A DNA stretch of 24,000 bases from Candidatus Electronema aureum (GTDB lineage: Bacteria > Desulfobacterota > Desulfobulbia > Desulfobulbales > Desulfobulbaceae): positions 24,701-48,700 of the forward strand of contig NQJD01000013.1 of the NCBI GenBank assembly GCA_004284765.1. Reading direction: 5' to 3'. The notes under the pieces were generated by a model. It ran no database searches and had not been told where the DNA came from. It saw only the letters and a program-made list of their open reading frames with translations. How positions within the stretch are numbered: the first letter of the stretch is position 1; the number at the start of each line of letters is the position of its first letter. The position numbers and the translations under genes are program-made. This document shows positions 7,246 through 14,501 of the stretch, in pieces.

Positions 7246-9729
7246 TCAAATGGAAACCGCTTTAGATCGTCTCCGCAAGAGTCGTAATGCGTACTGACTG
7301 CAAAGAATCAGTCCGAAACCAGCAATCACCAAGAAAAACAACTCAGATAAACCGATATGAAGTGCTATCCAGGCGACACCGATCACCGGTAAAAGTAGCA
7401 TTCTCACGGCAAAGCGCAAGGTATTATGCTGACTGATGACATCAGCAATCGATGGAGAATGCTGATAATAAAAATTGATTAAAGAACGGCTGACTGCGTT
7501 ACCGGACATGAATTGATCTCGGAAATCGCGAAGTATCTGTACCGCAGGATCGAAGACCGAACCAAAAGCGGCGGTTGCGATAAAGCAAGAATCAGCTGTT
7601 CTGAAGCTCACTTGGTTGCCATAATAGGTTGTGCCGCCGCTGACTGCATAGGCGCGTGCATAAAAGAAGGTGCCGGGCTTCAGATTTTTCAGCTTACTGC
7701 TGAATGCGCCACTGCCGCTGCCTGCGCTCGTGTTTCCTTCTTCGAGAAATTTGGTTTCGCTGGTAGTAGCTGTTGCATCAGCTGTGGTACTATCTGCGGC
7801 GATGGCTGTACCTACGAAGAAATTGCCGACATTCTTCAGTGCATTGTTTACCATTTTCTCATAATCTACAAATAGCTGATAAGAATACGTAGGATCGGTT
7901 GCGGTGATAGTTACGGCAAAAGAAATAATACCATCTGTTGTGTTCACCGCTCCGCTGGCCGTATTCTTGCAGCGAACGTAGTATTTTTTTTCTCCATCTT
8001 GCAAGTTGGTGACAAGCTGTGAATGTTCCTTTGCTCCCGTCGTGGCGAATGTGCTTGCCATTTGATCGTAATCCTTGTTCGGCGTGATATTATCATACTT
8101 ACAGGTCGCGTTCACATCCGTTGACAGGCTCAAGGTCGCATAGGCCGTGCTGATATCGCCGTTGCTGGGGGACAGATTTGACATCACCGGAGCATTATTG
8201 CTTGTGTTACTGTTTGATGAAGATGATGACGAGCTGCTTGCTGAAGATGTCAGCACGGGATTAGGCATCGTACCAAAGACAAGGCCCCGTTGGGTGACAT
8301 TGCTCAGGCCGTTAAGCACCTCAGCCGGAATAATAACCGTGGTTCTGGTCAATTCATACGGCGTACCAGTTAGGATATACTGATTGCCTGTATTCACATC
8401 ACTCAACGTATTGATACCTAATACATTATTGGCAGTCGTGCTGCTGTTTGCTGCTATTGCCGTCGTGTATTTGCTCACTGCTGCTGCACTGGAACCCGCA
8501 GCTGCCTTGCTCTCGCCCACTGCCACTACGCTATTCTCAGAAACTGCGGCCAGCGCGGTTGAAGTGTCTTTGCCGCCGCTGAAACCAGTGGTCACGACAG
8601 CGGAAGTAGTAAATTGCGCGGAGTTTTCCTGCGCCGCACCCGTATCTTTGCTGTAGGTGATGAGAAGAAACTCGCGCTGCTGATCAACGGTTTTGAACCC
8701 AGCAGCTACAATTGTTTCATCGATAACAACAACATCATACAGCACATCATCTTGAGTTCCGACAGCAGTGGCTAATACGCCTAAGTCGCTGTCCGGGCGG
8801 CCTTCAGCAGTGAAGCGGAACAGAGCCGCGTCGCGTTTGTTTTCCTTGCCGACTGAACCAGCCACCAAGATACCGCCATCCTTGTTGACAAACATGCCAT
8901 AGCCTTCGCTGAACACGCTACTGTCCGGGGGGATGGCAATGCCGTTGTCGCCGAATTCTTTATCTAATTGCCCAGCGGCATCAAAGCCCAGCACCATCAG
9001 GCCGCGCCGCTGTCCGTCGCTGTAGGAGCCGGACACAAGAATGCGCCCGCTCTCGGTCAGGGCCACGCTTTCCGCTTGGGCATCCACACCCACCACGCTG
9101 AGAGAGAAGCCTTCTTTGGCAAAAGATAGGTCGGGTGTGCCGTTAGCCAAATACCGCCCCAGCACCACCACCCTGCCGTTTACCCCTTGGGCGACACCGG
9201 CGATGACAATGCTGCCGTCTTCTTGCACAATCATGTCGGTGATTTCGTCATGACTGCTACCCACTGCTGTGACCGCTATGCCTTCCGCGCCGAAACTGTG
9301 GTCTAAGGTGCCGTCGCTGTTGTAGCGCACTAAAGCGAAATCGCGGTTTTTGTTGCTGCTGTAGCCTCCAGCAAGGATTTTGCCGTCCGGTTGAAGGGCA
9401 AGAGTCAAGGCTTCATCATCAAAGGAGCCAACAGCAGTGGTGACAGTGCCGTCAGAGTTGAACGCAGGATCAATGGAGCCGTCCGGCAAAAGGCGAAAAA
9501 GCATGAAATCCTTGTCCGCTGTTGTGCTGGATGATGAACCCGCAGCAACAATCTTGCCGTCTGGCTGGACAATGACCGCGTTGGCACGGCTTCCGTACAC
9601 GCCCAGTTCCACTGCTACCCGGCCATTAAGGCCGAAATTGACATCAAGAGCGGCGGCGGATGCCTCGGAATAAAAGGCGGCGAGCAGGGCAGTACCAAGG
9701 GCAAGCAAACGGATGGGATGGATATTCAT
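7246..9729 (-). CDS. Large secreted/anchored protein: signal peptide, delta-60-type beta-propeller repeats, Ser/Thr/Ala-rich linker, two Ig/Fn3-like modules, C-terminal CFIATAAFGS motif plus two TM helices
   Basis: The ATG at 9727-9729 gives MNIHPIRLLALGTALLAAFYSEASAAA (signal peptide); the track start at 9738 is TTG. There are at least six ~55-aa repeats with D.xF(G/N)..G..........QPDGKI..AG (LDVNFGLNGRV, IDPAFNSDGTV, LDHSFGAEGIA, PDLSFAKEGFS, LDKEFGDNGIA ..). A poly-Ser run reads SSASSSSSSSSNSNTSNN. The C-terminus is ADSCFIATAAFGS..LRDFRDQF.. followed by two hydrophobic segments. Confidence 0.8.
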   Translation of the reverse strand: MNIHPIRLLALGTALLAAFYSEASAAALDVNFGLNGRVAVELGVYGSRANAVIVQPDGKIVAAGSSSSTTADKDFMLFRLLPDGSIDPAFNSDGTVTTAVGSFDDEALTLALQPDGKILAGGYSSNKNRDFALVRYNSDGTLDHSFGAEGIAVTAVGSSHDEITDMIVQEDGSIVIAGVAQGVNGRVVVLGRYLANGTPDLSFAKEGFSLSVVGVDAQAESVALTESGRILVSGSYSDGQRRGLMVLGFDAAGQLDKEFGDNGIAIPPDSSVFSEGYGMFVNKDGGILVAGSVGKENKRDAALFRFTAEGRPDSDLGVLATAVGTQDDVLYDVVVIDETIVAAGFKTVDQQREFLLITYSKDTGAAQENSAQFTTSAVVTTGFSGGKDTSTALAAVSENSVVAVGESKAAAGSSAAAVSKYTTAIAANSSTTANNVLGINTLSDVNTGNQYILTGTPYELTRTTVIIPAEVLNGLSNVTQRGLVFGTMPNPVLTSSASSSSSSSSNSNTSNNAPVMSNLSPSNGDISTAYATLSLSTDVNATCKYDNITPNKDYDQMASTFATTGAKEHSQLVTNLQDGEKKYYVRCKNTASGAVNTTDGIISFAVTITATDPTYSYQLFVDYEKMVNNALKNVGNFFVGTAIAADSTTADATATTSETKFLEEGNTSAGSGSGAFSSKLKNLKPGTFFYARAYAVSGGTTYYGNQVSFRTADSCFIATAAFGSVFDPAVQILRDFRDQFMSGNAVSRSLINFYYQHSPSIADVISQHNTLRFAVRMLLLPVIGVAWIALHIGLSELFFLVIAGFGLILCSQYALRLLRRRSKAVSI

Positions 9730-9823
9730 AATCAGCAAATCCTGAAGGTGAAGAACGGAGGAAATTTTGTCATCTTACCATAGCTGATTCAGCAGAAAAT
9801 GACAAGTCCTTGTTGCGGCAGCT

Positions 9824-10849
9824 TTATTTGCCAAAACTACAAACTGGGTACTGGCAGAATTTACAATTTCGGCAAAGGCCACCGTGGCCCATTGCAGCGA
9901 AGTCTTCCCGACTGAGGCGTTCTCCTGCCAGAATGCGTGGCAGTACCAAATCAAAGACGGTAATTTTATGAAACATGCCGCAGGCAGGCAAACCGACCAC
10001 CGACACCGTGCCGATTCTGCCGACCAAAAACATAGCACCAGGCAGCACGGGGGTGCCGTAAACGATGTCCTTAGCCCCAGCCTCGCGAATACCGGCGCGG
10101 GTGACATCATCAGGATCGACCGACATGCCGCCGGAGGTGATGACTAACTCCGCACCGACAGCGATACATTGGCTGATTTGCTCGGCAATTAAACCAGCAT
10201 CATCTGGCGCGAAACCCACCCGCACCACCTCTGAGCCGAGGACCGTGAGTTTGCCGCGCAGCACGGCCTCGAATTTATCTTCAATTCTGCCGTGAAAAAC
10301 CTCGCTGCCAGTGATGACTATCCCGGCCTTGACCATAGGCAAGGACAGCACTCGGACGATCTTTTCACCTGCGTTAGCAATTTCGACTGCCTGCGCAATT
10401 AAGCTTCGGTCGCCAACCAAGGGAATCAAGCGAACAGCTGCTACTTGCTCGCCTTTTTTCACCGGCGTATTGTCATGCAAGGTGGAACACATCACTTCGC
10501 CGAGCAAATTGAAGCGGAACGAAGCTTCTTTATCAATTTTTAGCAGGCCATCATGGGCAGCAAGAATGCTCACCTTGCCTTCATGTACGTCATCAGAGTA
10601 TTCCACGCCGCTGCCCGCCAAAGCCGCAGCCATCAATAGTGCTGCTTCGTTTTCATGAATTTCCTCAGCTGCAAGCTCAAGGACGTAAATATGCTCCTTT
10701 CCTAAGCTGCGCAGGCGGTCAATATCTTCCTGGCGGACAATATGTCCTTTTTTAAAAGCTCGTCCTTTGAATTTGTCTTGAACAATTTCAGTGATGTCAT
10801 GAGGCAGAACCATGCCCACGGCTTGATCAACAGGGATACACTTTTTCAT
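9824..10849 (-). CDS. Molybdopterin-binding (MoeA/MogA-like MoCF domain) protein with C-terminal Cys cluster
   Basis: MoCF-biosynthesis-like core: KAGIVITGSEV...AELVITSGGMSVDPDDVT...PVLPGAMFLVG. The C-terminus is CRNCKFCQYPVC (C-x2-C-x2-C-x4-C). ATG start at 10847-10849. Confidence 0.7.
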   Translation of the reverse strand: MKKCIPVDQAVGMVLPHDITEIVQDKFKGRAFKKGHIVRQEDIDRLRSLGKEHIYVLELAAEEIHENEAALLMAAALAGSGVEYSDDVHEGKVSILAAHDGLLKIDKEASFRFNLLGEVMCSTLHDNTPVKKGEQVAAVRLIPLVGDRSLIAQAVEIANAGEKIVRVLSLPMVKAGIVITGSEVFHGRIEDKFEAVLRGKLTVLGSEVVRVGFAPDDAGLIAEQISQCIAVGAELVITSGGMSVDPDDVTRAGIREAGAKDIVYGTPVLPGAMFLVGRIGTVSVVGLPACGMFHKITVFDLVLPRILAGERLSREDFAAMGHGGLCRNCKFCQYPVCSFGK

Positions 10850-10991
10850 TTTTTCCGGTTCCGGTGGTTGTTTTGCTGGCAGCGGGCCGCGTTTCTGGTA
10901 CTATAGCCGGTTGCGGCCCGGCTTGCAGGACAATTTTTCCGCAGGCAGTTTTTCATTTTTTCCTTTGGCAAAATTTAACTCAGAAAAGACC

Positions 10992-11168
10992 ATGATCAGC
11001 CAGAAACTCCTCGAAATTATTGCCTGTCCCAAGTGCAAGGGACAGGTACAGCTCTCTGAAACCCAAGACGGCCTCATCTGCACCGTCTGTCAGCTTGTTT
11101 ATGAAATTCGAGATGATATCCCGATTATGCTGATTGATGAGGCCAAGCCACTGATACAAGCAGCATGA
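10992..11168 (+). CDS. Trm112-family small zinc-ribbon protein
   Basis: MISQKLLEIIACPKCKGQV....GLICTVCQLVYEIRDDIPIMLIDEA is the Trm112/YcaR pattern (CPxC...C..C, then PIML..EA). The internal ATG at 10992 is preferred over the ORF-track start at 10911. Confidence 0.8.
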   Translation: MISQKLLEIIACPKCKGQVQLSETQDGLICTVCQLVYEIRDDIPIMLIDEAKPLIQAA

Positions 11169-11322
11169 AAAAATCAGAAGTTACGTAGGCTTAAAATATA
11201 ACGAATTGATTTTATTCATGAGTTTCTTTTTATGAAAAAGATAACCTGCTTGAATTATTCATTTTGTAATATTGAACTGCGTAACTCCTATTAATTTTTC
11301 GCAAGTCCCATGTTTGAAAATT

Positions 11323-11331
11323 TGATATAAT
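11323..11331 (+). promoter_or_regulatory. Candidate extended -10 promoter element (TGATATAAT) in the long AT-rich leader of the Cys-rich protein gene
   Basis: TGnTATAAT match at 11323-11331. There is no convincing -35. It would give a ~165-nt 5' UTR. This is a pattern match only. Confidence 0.25.
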
Positions 11332-11498
11332 CAATCGGGGTTTGTTATGAATCGGTTTTCTTTTTTGCCTTGCCAGACTGCTGAAGAAATTATATTCTAA
11401 TGAAGAAAAGCTGTTCTCTTATTGTGCTTGTTTTTTCGTAAATACTCGAAATAGATGAGGCATGAGAGAAAAAATTAACAGAAAAGGAGAGTTGGAAC

Positions 11499-12623
11499 AT
11501 GAAAGTGAAGATGCTGCTGCAAACTGCTGCGCTACTGCTTCTATCAGCAGGGCTTGCCCAAGCCGGAGGTACTAAGTTCGGCAAAAAACATTTGACTTGC
11601 GATGATTGTTCAGCAGAGTGCCTGAAAAATCCCTATGCTAAAGGCTGCCCGGATATCTGCAAGTCACCTGATTGTCAGGCATCTTGCAATGACTGCCCGG
11701 CAGAATGTAAGCAGCATCCGGGCGCGAAGGGTTGTCCTGAGATATGTACAGATATCAAATGTCAGTCCTGTGAAGATTGCACCCCTGAATGCAAAAAGAA
11801 TCCTACAGACACAAGCTGCCCAGATATCTGCAAGGACATGAAATGCTACACGTGCGATGACTGCTCGGTAGAATGTGTCATTGATCCTACTGGTAAAGAT
11901 TGTTCTCCAGTCTGCGCTGATCTCGGTTGCAATGTCTGTGATAAATTTCCCAAAGATTGTCCGGCCTCATGCAAGGACAACCCGAACGACCCTGATAAAT
12001 GTCGCGCTGAATGCAAGGATGTTCCTGAAAAATGCTTGCTACCAAAGGGAACCTGCGATGATTGTTCTCCGGCATGTAAAGATGGCACTGAAAAAGATCC
12101 AGAGGCCTGTAAATCTTGTCCGCAGGAATGTCTGCCGGAGTTACCACCGGTTGTTGAGACTGAACGGCCTTTCAAGTTTGTTGGTGATCTCGGCTACTTC
12201 AAGCAGACTGATCCGGCAGATTACATCTTTGGACGGTTCGGCGTAGAATATAGTCCCTTTGCTACAGGCAGCGAATTTGAAAACATCTCTTTCTTGGGCA
12301 TGATTGGTGCTGCCGCACAAGTGAACGGTACAGATGGTGACGATGCGCTATTGCTGGATGTTTTTGCCAACTACAACTGGAAGGCAGGCGATGTTGACGG
12401 CTGGGTCGGTCTCGGTGTGGGTGGCTGGATCACCTCCGGCGATGTGGAAGATGATTCAGGAGACACTGACATAGATGTTATGGCCAACATCGGTGCCCGC
12501 GTCTATGGCGATCCAAAAGATTTCAATGTATCTTTCTTCTTAGAGGTACGCAGTGCGGTTGATGAGTTTGACGGTTTGGCCGAATATGGTCGTTTCGGTG
12601 CAGGTGTTCGCTGCAAGTTCTAA
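11499..12623 (+). CDS. Secreted cysteine-rich tandem-module protein fused to a C-terminal predicted outer-membrane beta-barrel
   Basis: RBS AAGGAGA (11484-11490) precedes the ATG. Signal peptide MKVKMLLQTAALLLLSAGLAQA. Residues 34-211 hold 36 Cys (hand count) in six modules. Residues ~215-374 are Gly/Asp/aromatic-rich with alternating hydrophobic strands and end ..GRFGAGVRCKF (terminal Phe). A strong terminator follows. Confidence 0.8.
   Translation: MKVKMLLQTAALLLLSAGLAQAGGTKFGKKHLTCDDCSAECLKNPYAKGCPDICKSPDCQASCNDCPAECKQHPGAKGCPEICTDIKCQSCEDCTPECKKNPTDTSCPDICKDMKCYTCDDCSVECVIDPTGKDCSPVCADLGCNVCDKFPKDCPASCKDNPNDPDKCRAECKDVPEKCLLPKGTCDDCSPACKDGTEKDPEACKSCPQECLPELPPVVETERPFKFVGDLGYFKQTDPADYIFGRFGVEYSPFATGSEFENISFLGMIGAAAQVNGTDGDDALLLDVFANYNWKAGDVDGWVGLGVGGWITSGDVEDDSGDTDIDVMANIGARVYGDPKDFNVSFFLEVRSAVDEFDGLAEYGRFGAGVRCKF
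11598..12131 (+). repeat. In-frame tandem Cys modules: four ~28-aa (~84-nt) copies of C-x2-C-x3-C-x8-C-x3-C-x4-C, plus two degenerate copies
   Basis: CDDCSAECLKNPYAKGCPDICKSPDC / CNDCPAECKQHPGAKGCPEICTDIKC / CEDCTPECKKNPTDTSCPDICKDMKC / CDDCSVECVIDPTGKDCSPVCADLGC, then two looser 6-Cys units. The copies are diverged at the DNA level, so this is not a recent expansion. Confidence 0.75.
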
Positions 12624-12633
12624 GGTATAAACA

Positions 12634-12668
12634 GGGTCTGCCGGTCGGCAGACCCTTCTGATTTTTTT
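12634..12668 (+). terminator. Rho-independent terminator after the Cys-rich protein gene
   Basis: GGGTCTGCCG-GT-CGGCAGACCC perfect inverted repeat (12634-12655), then a T7 run at 12662-12668, 10 nt past the stop codon. Confidence 0.65.
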
Positions 12669-12825
12669 CCCATTTTTTTCTATATCATCATATTGTGTGT
12701 TGCCTTTTTCTTGCAAAAAGAAAAAGTAAGCTATAAATTATGCAATTAAAGTTGTAATGAGATGACTTTTAAAAAATAAGCAGGCAGGAATCAACCTGTT
12801 TTCACGCTGAATAGAGACGTTTGAT

Positions 12826-13542
12826 ATGGATTTATTAGGAAAAAAGTATATTAAAGTTTCAATCATCATCCCCGCCTATAACGAGGAAAAAACCTTAAAA
12901 ACGGTAATTGATGCCGTGCAGTCAGTTAACCTGCCGTTGATCAAGGAGATTGTTGTCGTGGATGATTGTTCTACTGACAGCACCCGGCAGGTTATGGAAC
13001 AACTGCGCGACGACAACATAGTCAAGATTTTTCATGAAAAAAATCAAGGCAAAGGAGCCGCATTGCGTTCCGGTATTGCCAAAGCGACAGGTGATATTGT
13101 TCTGATTCAAGATGCAGATTTGGAATACGATCCGGCAGAATATCCCAAACTGCTCCAGCCGATTCTGGACGGCAAGGCTGACGTGGTTTATGGTTCGCGT
13201 TTTGTCGGCTCTGAAGCACACAGGGTATTGTATTTCTGGCACATGATGGGAAATCGGCTTTTGACTTTGCTCTCCAACATGTGTACTAATCTGAACTTGA
13301 CCGACATGGAAACCTGCTACAAGGTCTTTCGCAAGGAGATTATTCAGAACATTAAGATTAGAGAAGATCGCTTCGGTTTTGAGCCAGAAATTACGGCAAA
13401 AGTTGCCAGAACTGGATGCCGAATTTACGAAATTGGCATTTCTTATAGCGGACGTACCTATGCCGAAGGTAAAAAGATCGGCATAAAAGACGGCTTCCGC
13501 GCTCTGTACTGTATTATCAAATATCGTTTCCTTGCGGAATAA
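12826..13542 (+). CDS. Soluble GT2 glycosyltransferase of the polyprenyl-phosphate sugar synthase type (Dpm1/Ppm1/YkcC-like)
   Basis: [33 protein letters not shown] (DxD) and [19 protein letters not shown] are typical of short dolichyl/polyprenyl-phosphate glycosyltransferases. 238 aa, ATG start. Confidence 0.85.
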   Translation: MDLLGKKYIKVSIIIPAYNEEKTLKTVIDAVQSVNLPLIKEIVVVDDCSTDSTRQVMEQLRDDNIVKIFHEKNQGKGAALRSGIAKATGDIVLIQDADLEYDPAEYPKLLQPILDGKADVVYGSRFVGSEAHRVLYFWHMMGNRLLTLLSNMCTNLNLTDMETCYKVFRKEIIQNIKIREDRFGFEPEITAKVARTGCRIYEIGISYSGRTYAEGKKIGIKDGFRALYCIIKYRFLAE

Positions 13543-13562
13543 ACACCAGTTGCAGTTATTTC

Positions 13563-14417
13563 ATGAACATTCCTGAATTTCCCATCCCCTTTGTCAAAAT
13601 GAGTGGCACCGGCAATGATTTTATCCTCATTGACCACCGCCAGCCGCTGATCGAGCCTGAATCCATGTCCGCCTTTGCCGCTGCTGTCTGCCGCCGCAAG
13701 TTTTCGGTCGGCGCGGACGGGTTGATTCTGATTGAAAATTCTGAGCAGGCTGATTTCCGCTGGCGTTTTTTCAACGCCGATGGCTCGGTTGCGGAAATGT
13801 GCGGCAACGGAGCGCGCTGCGCGGCCCGCTTCGCCTTCATGCAGGGCATTGCTCCGGCGAAAATGCGCTTTGAAACTTTAGCTGGGATCATCGAGGCGGA
13901 GGTTTCTGGTGACGAAGTAGCAGTGAAGATGACCGAGCCTCGTGATCTGCGCCTGCATCAGACCATCAGTGTTAACAACGCGCCGCTCATCATGCACAGC
14001 CTCAACACCGGTGTGCCTCATGCGGTGGTCTTTGTTGACAATATCGAAGAAACCGACGTGTGTGGCCTTGGCAGGGCGATCCGTTATCACGAAGCCTTTC
14101 AACCTGCTGGCACCAATGTCAATTTTGTCCAGAAGCGCGGCGAGGCCTTCAAGGTACGCACCTACGAACGCGGCGTGGAGGATGAAACCCTCGCCTGCGG
14201 CACCGGCTCCGCTGCCAGCGCGATCATCGCCGCCTTGTTGGGCCAAGCTGCCTCGCCCGTCGAAATTATCACCTCTGGCAACGACCGGTTGATGATTTTG
14301 TTCGACCTGAGCAAGGTTAAGGCTGGCGGAACAGGGCCGATTGTTTATAATGTTTTCCTCAAAGGCCCGGCCCGGATTATTTACGAGGGAGAACTGCGCA
14401 ACGAGGCATTGCTTTAA
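13563..14417 (+). CDS. dapF: Diaminopimelate epimerase
   Basis: FVKMSGTGNDFILID, NADGSVAEMCGNGARC (first catalytic Cys), SLNTGVPHAVVFV and ETLACGTGSAA (second catalytic Cys). Full length at 284 aa. Confidence 0.95.
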   Translation: MNIPEFPIPFVKMSGTGNDFILIDHRQPLIEPESMSAFAAAVCRRKFSVGADGLILIENSEQADFRWRFFNADGSVAEMCGNGARCAARFAFMQGIAPAKMRFETLAGIIEAEVSGDEVAVKMTEPRDLRLHQTISVNNAPLIMHSLNTGVPHAVVFVDNIEETDVCGLGRAIRYHEAFQPAGTNVNFVQKRGEAFKVRTYERGVEDETLACGTGSAASAIIAALLGQAASPVEIITSGNDRLMILFDLSKVKAGGTGPIVYNVFLKGPARIIYEGELRNEALL

Positions 14418-14466
14418 TTCAGCAAAAATGAACAGATATTTTTTTCTGTAGTAAAATAGACATATG

Positions 14467-14483
14467 ATCAATATAATATTGAT
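14467..14483 (+). promoter_or_regulatory. Perfect 17-bp palindrome ATCAATAT-A-ATATTGAT containing a consensus TATAAT, 19 nt upstream of the cassette's first gene
   Basis: 8-bp arms are exact reverse complements. TATAAT lies at 14472-14477. No clear -35. It could be a -10 element, an operator, or both. Confidence 0.35.
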
Positions 14484-14501
14484 GCTCAGTCAAATGATAT
14501 T

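Noticed and set aside
8190-8250. Poly-serine coding run as a possible slippage-prone microsatellite
   Set aside because: The run uses mixed Ser codons (TCA/TCT/TCG/AGC-type on the coding strand) rather than a pure trinucleotide repeat. It looks like a low-complexity linker rather than a contingency locus.
9739-9823. 7-bp inverted repeat (TTGTCAT ... ATGACAA) between the molybdopterin-binding gene and the delta-60 protein gene as a terminator
   Set aside because: The stem is short, the loop is ~25 nt, and there is no U-tract. This is not distinguishable from chance.
11598-12131. Periodic ~84-nt repeats considered as a possible CRISPR-like or satellite array
   Set aside because: The repeats are in-frame protein modules with diverged DNA sequence and no spacer/repeat alternation. 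No cas genes are nearby.
11846-12246. Alternative-frame and antisense ORFs (109, 123, 86 and 68 aa) within the Cys-rich protein gene
   Set aside because: The forward frame has an RBS, a signal peptide, regular Cys modules and a terminator. The others are by-products of the repetitive codon pattern.
12669-12825. Possible lysine riboswitch or attenuator upstream of the GT2-dapF-dapA-dapB genes
   Set aside because: I saw only a short A/T hairpin (CTTTTTCTT-GCAAA-AAGAAAAAG, 12704-12726) and a weak TTGCAA/TATAAA promoter-like pair. Nothing resembles the size or conserved helices of an L-box. This would need an Infernal scan to exclude formally.
13878-14471. 197-aa minus-strand ORF antisense to dapF (and the 111-aa ORF at 13556-13891)
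   Set aside because: It lies entirely inside a well-supported GC-rich gene on the other strand. The Arg/Ala/Gly-rich, low-complexity translation is typical of shadow ORFs in high-GC DNA.
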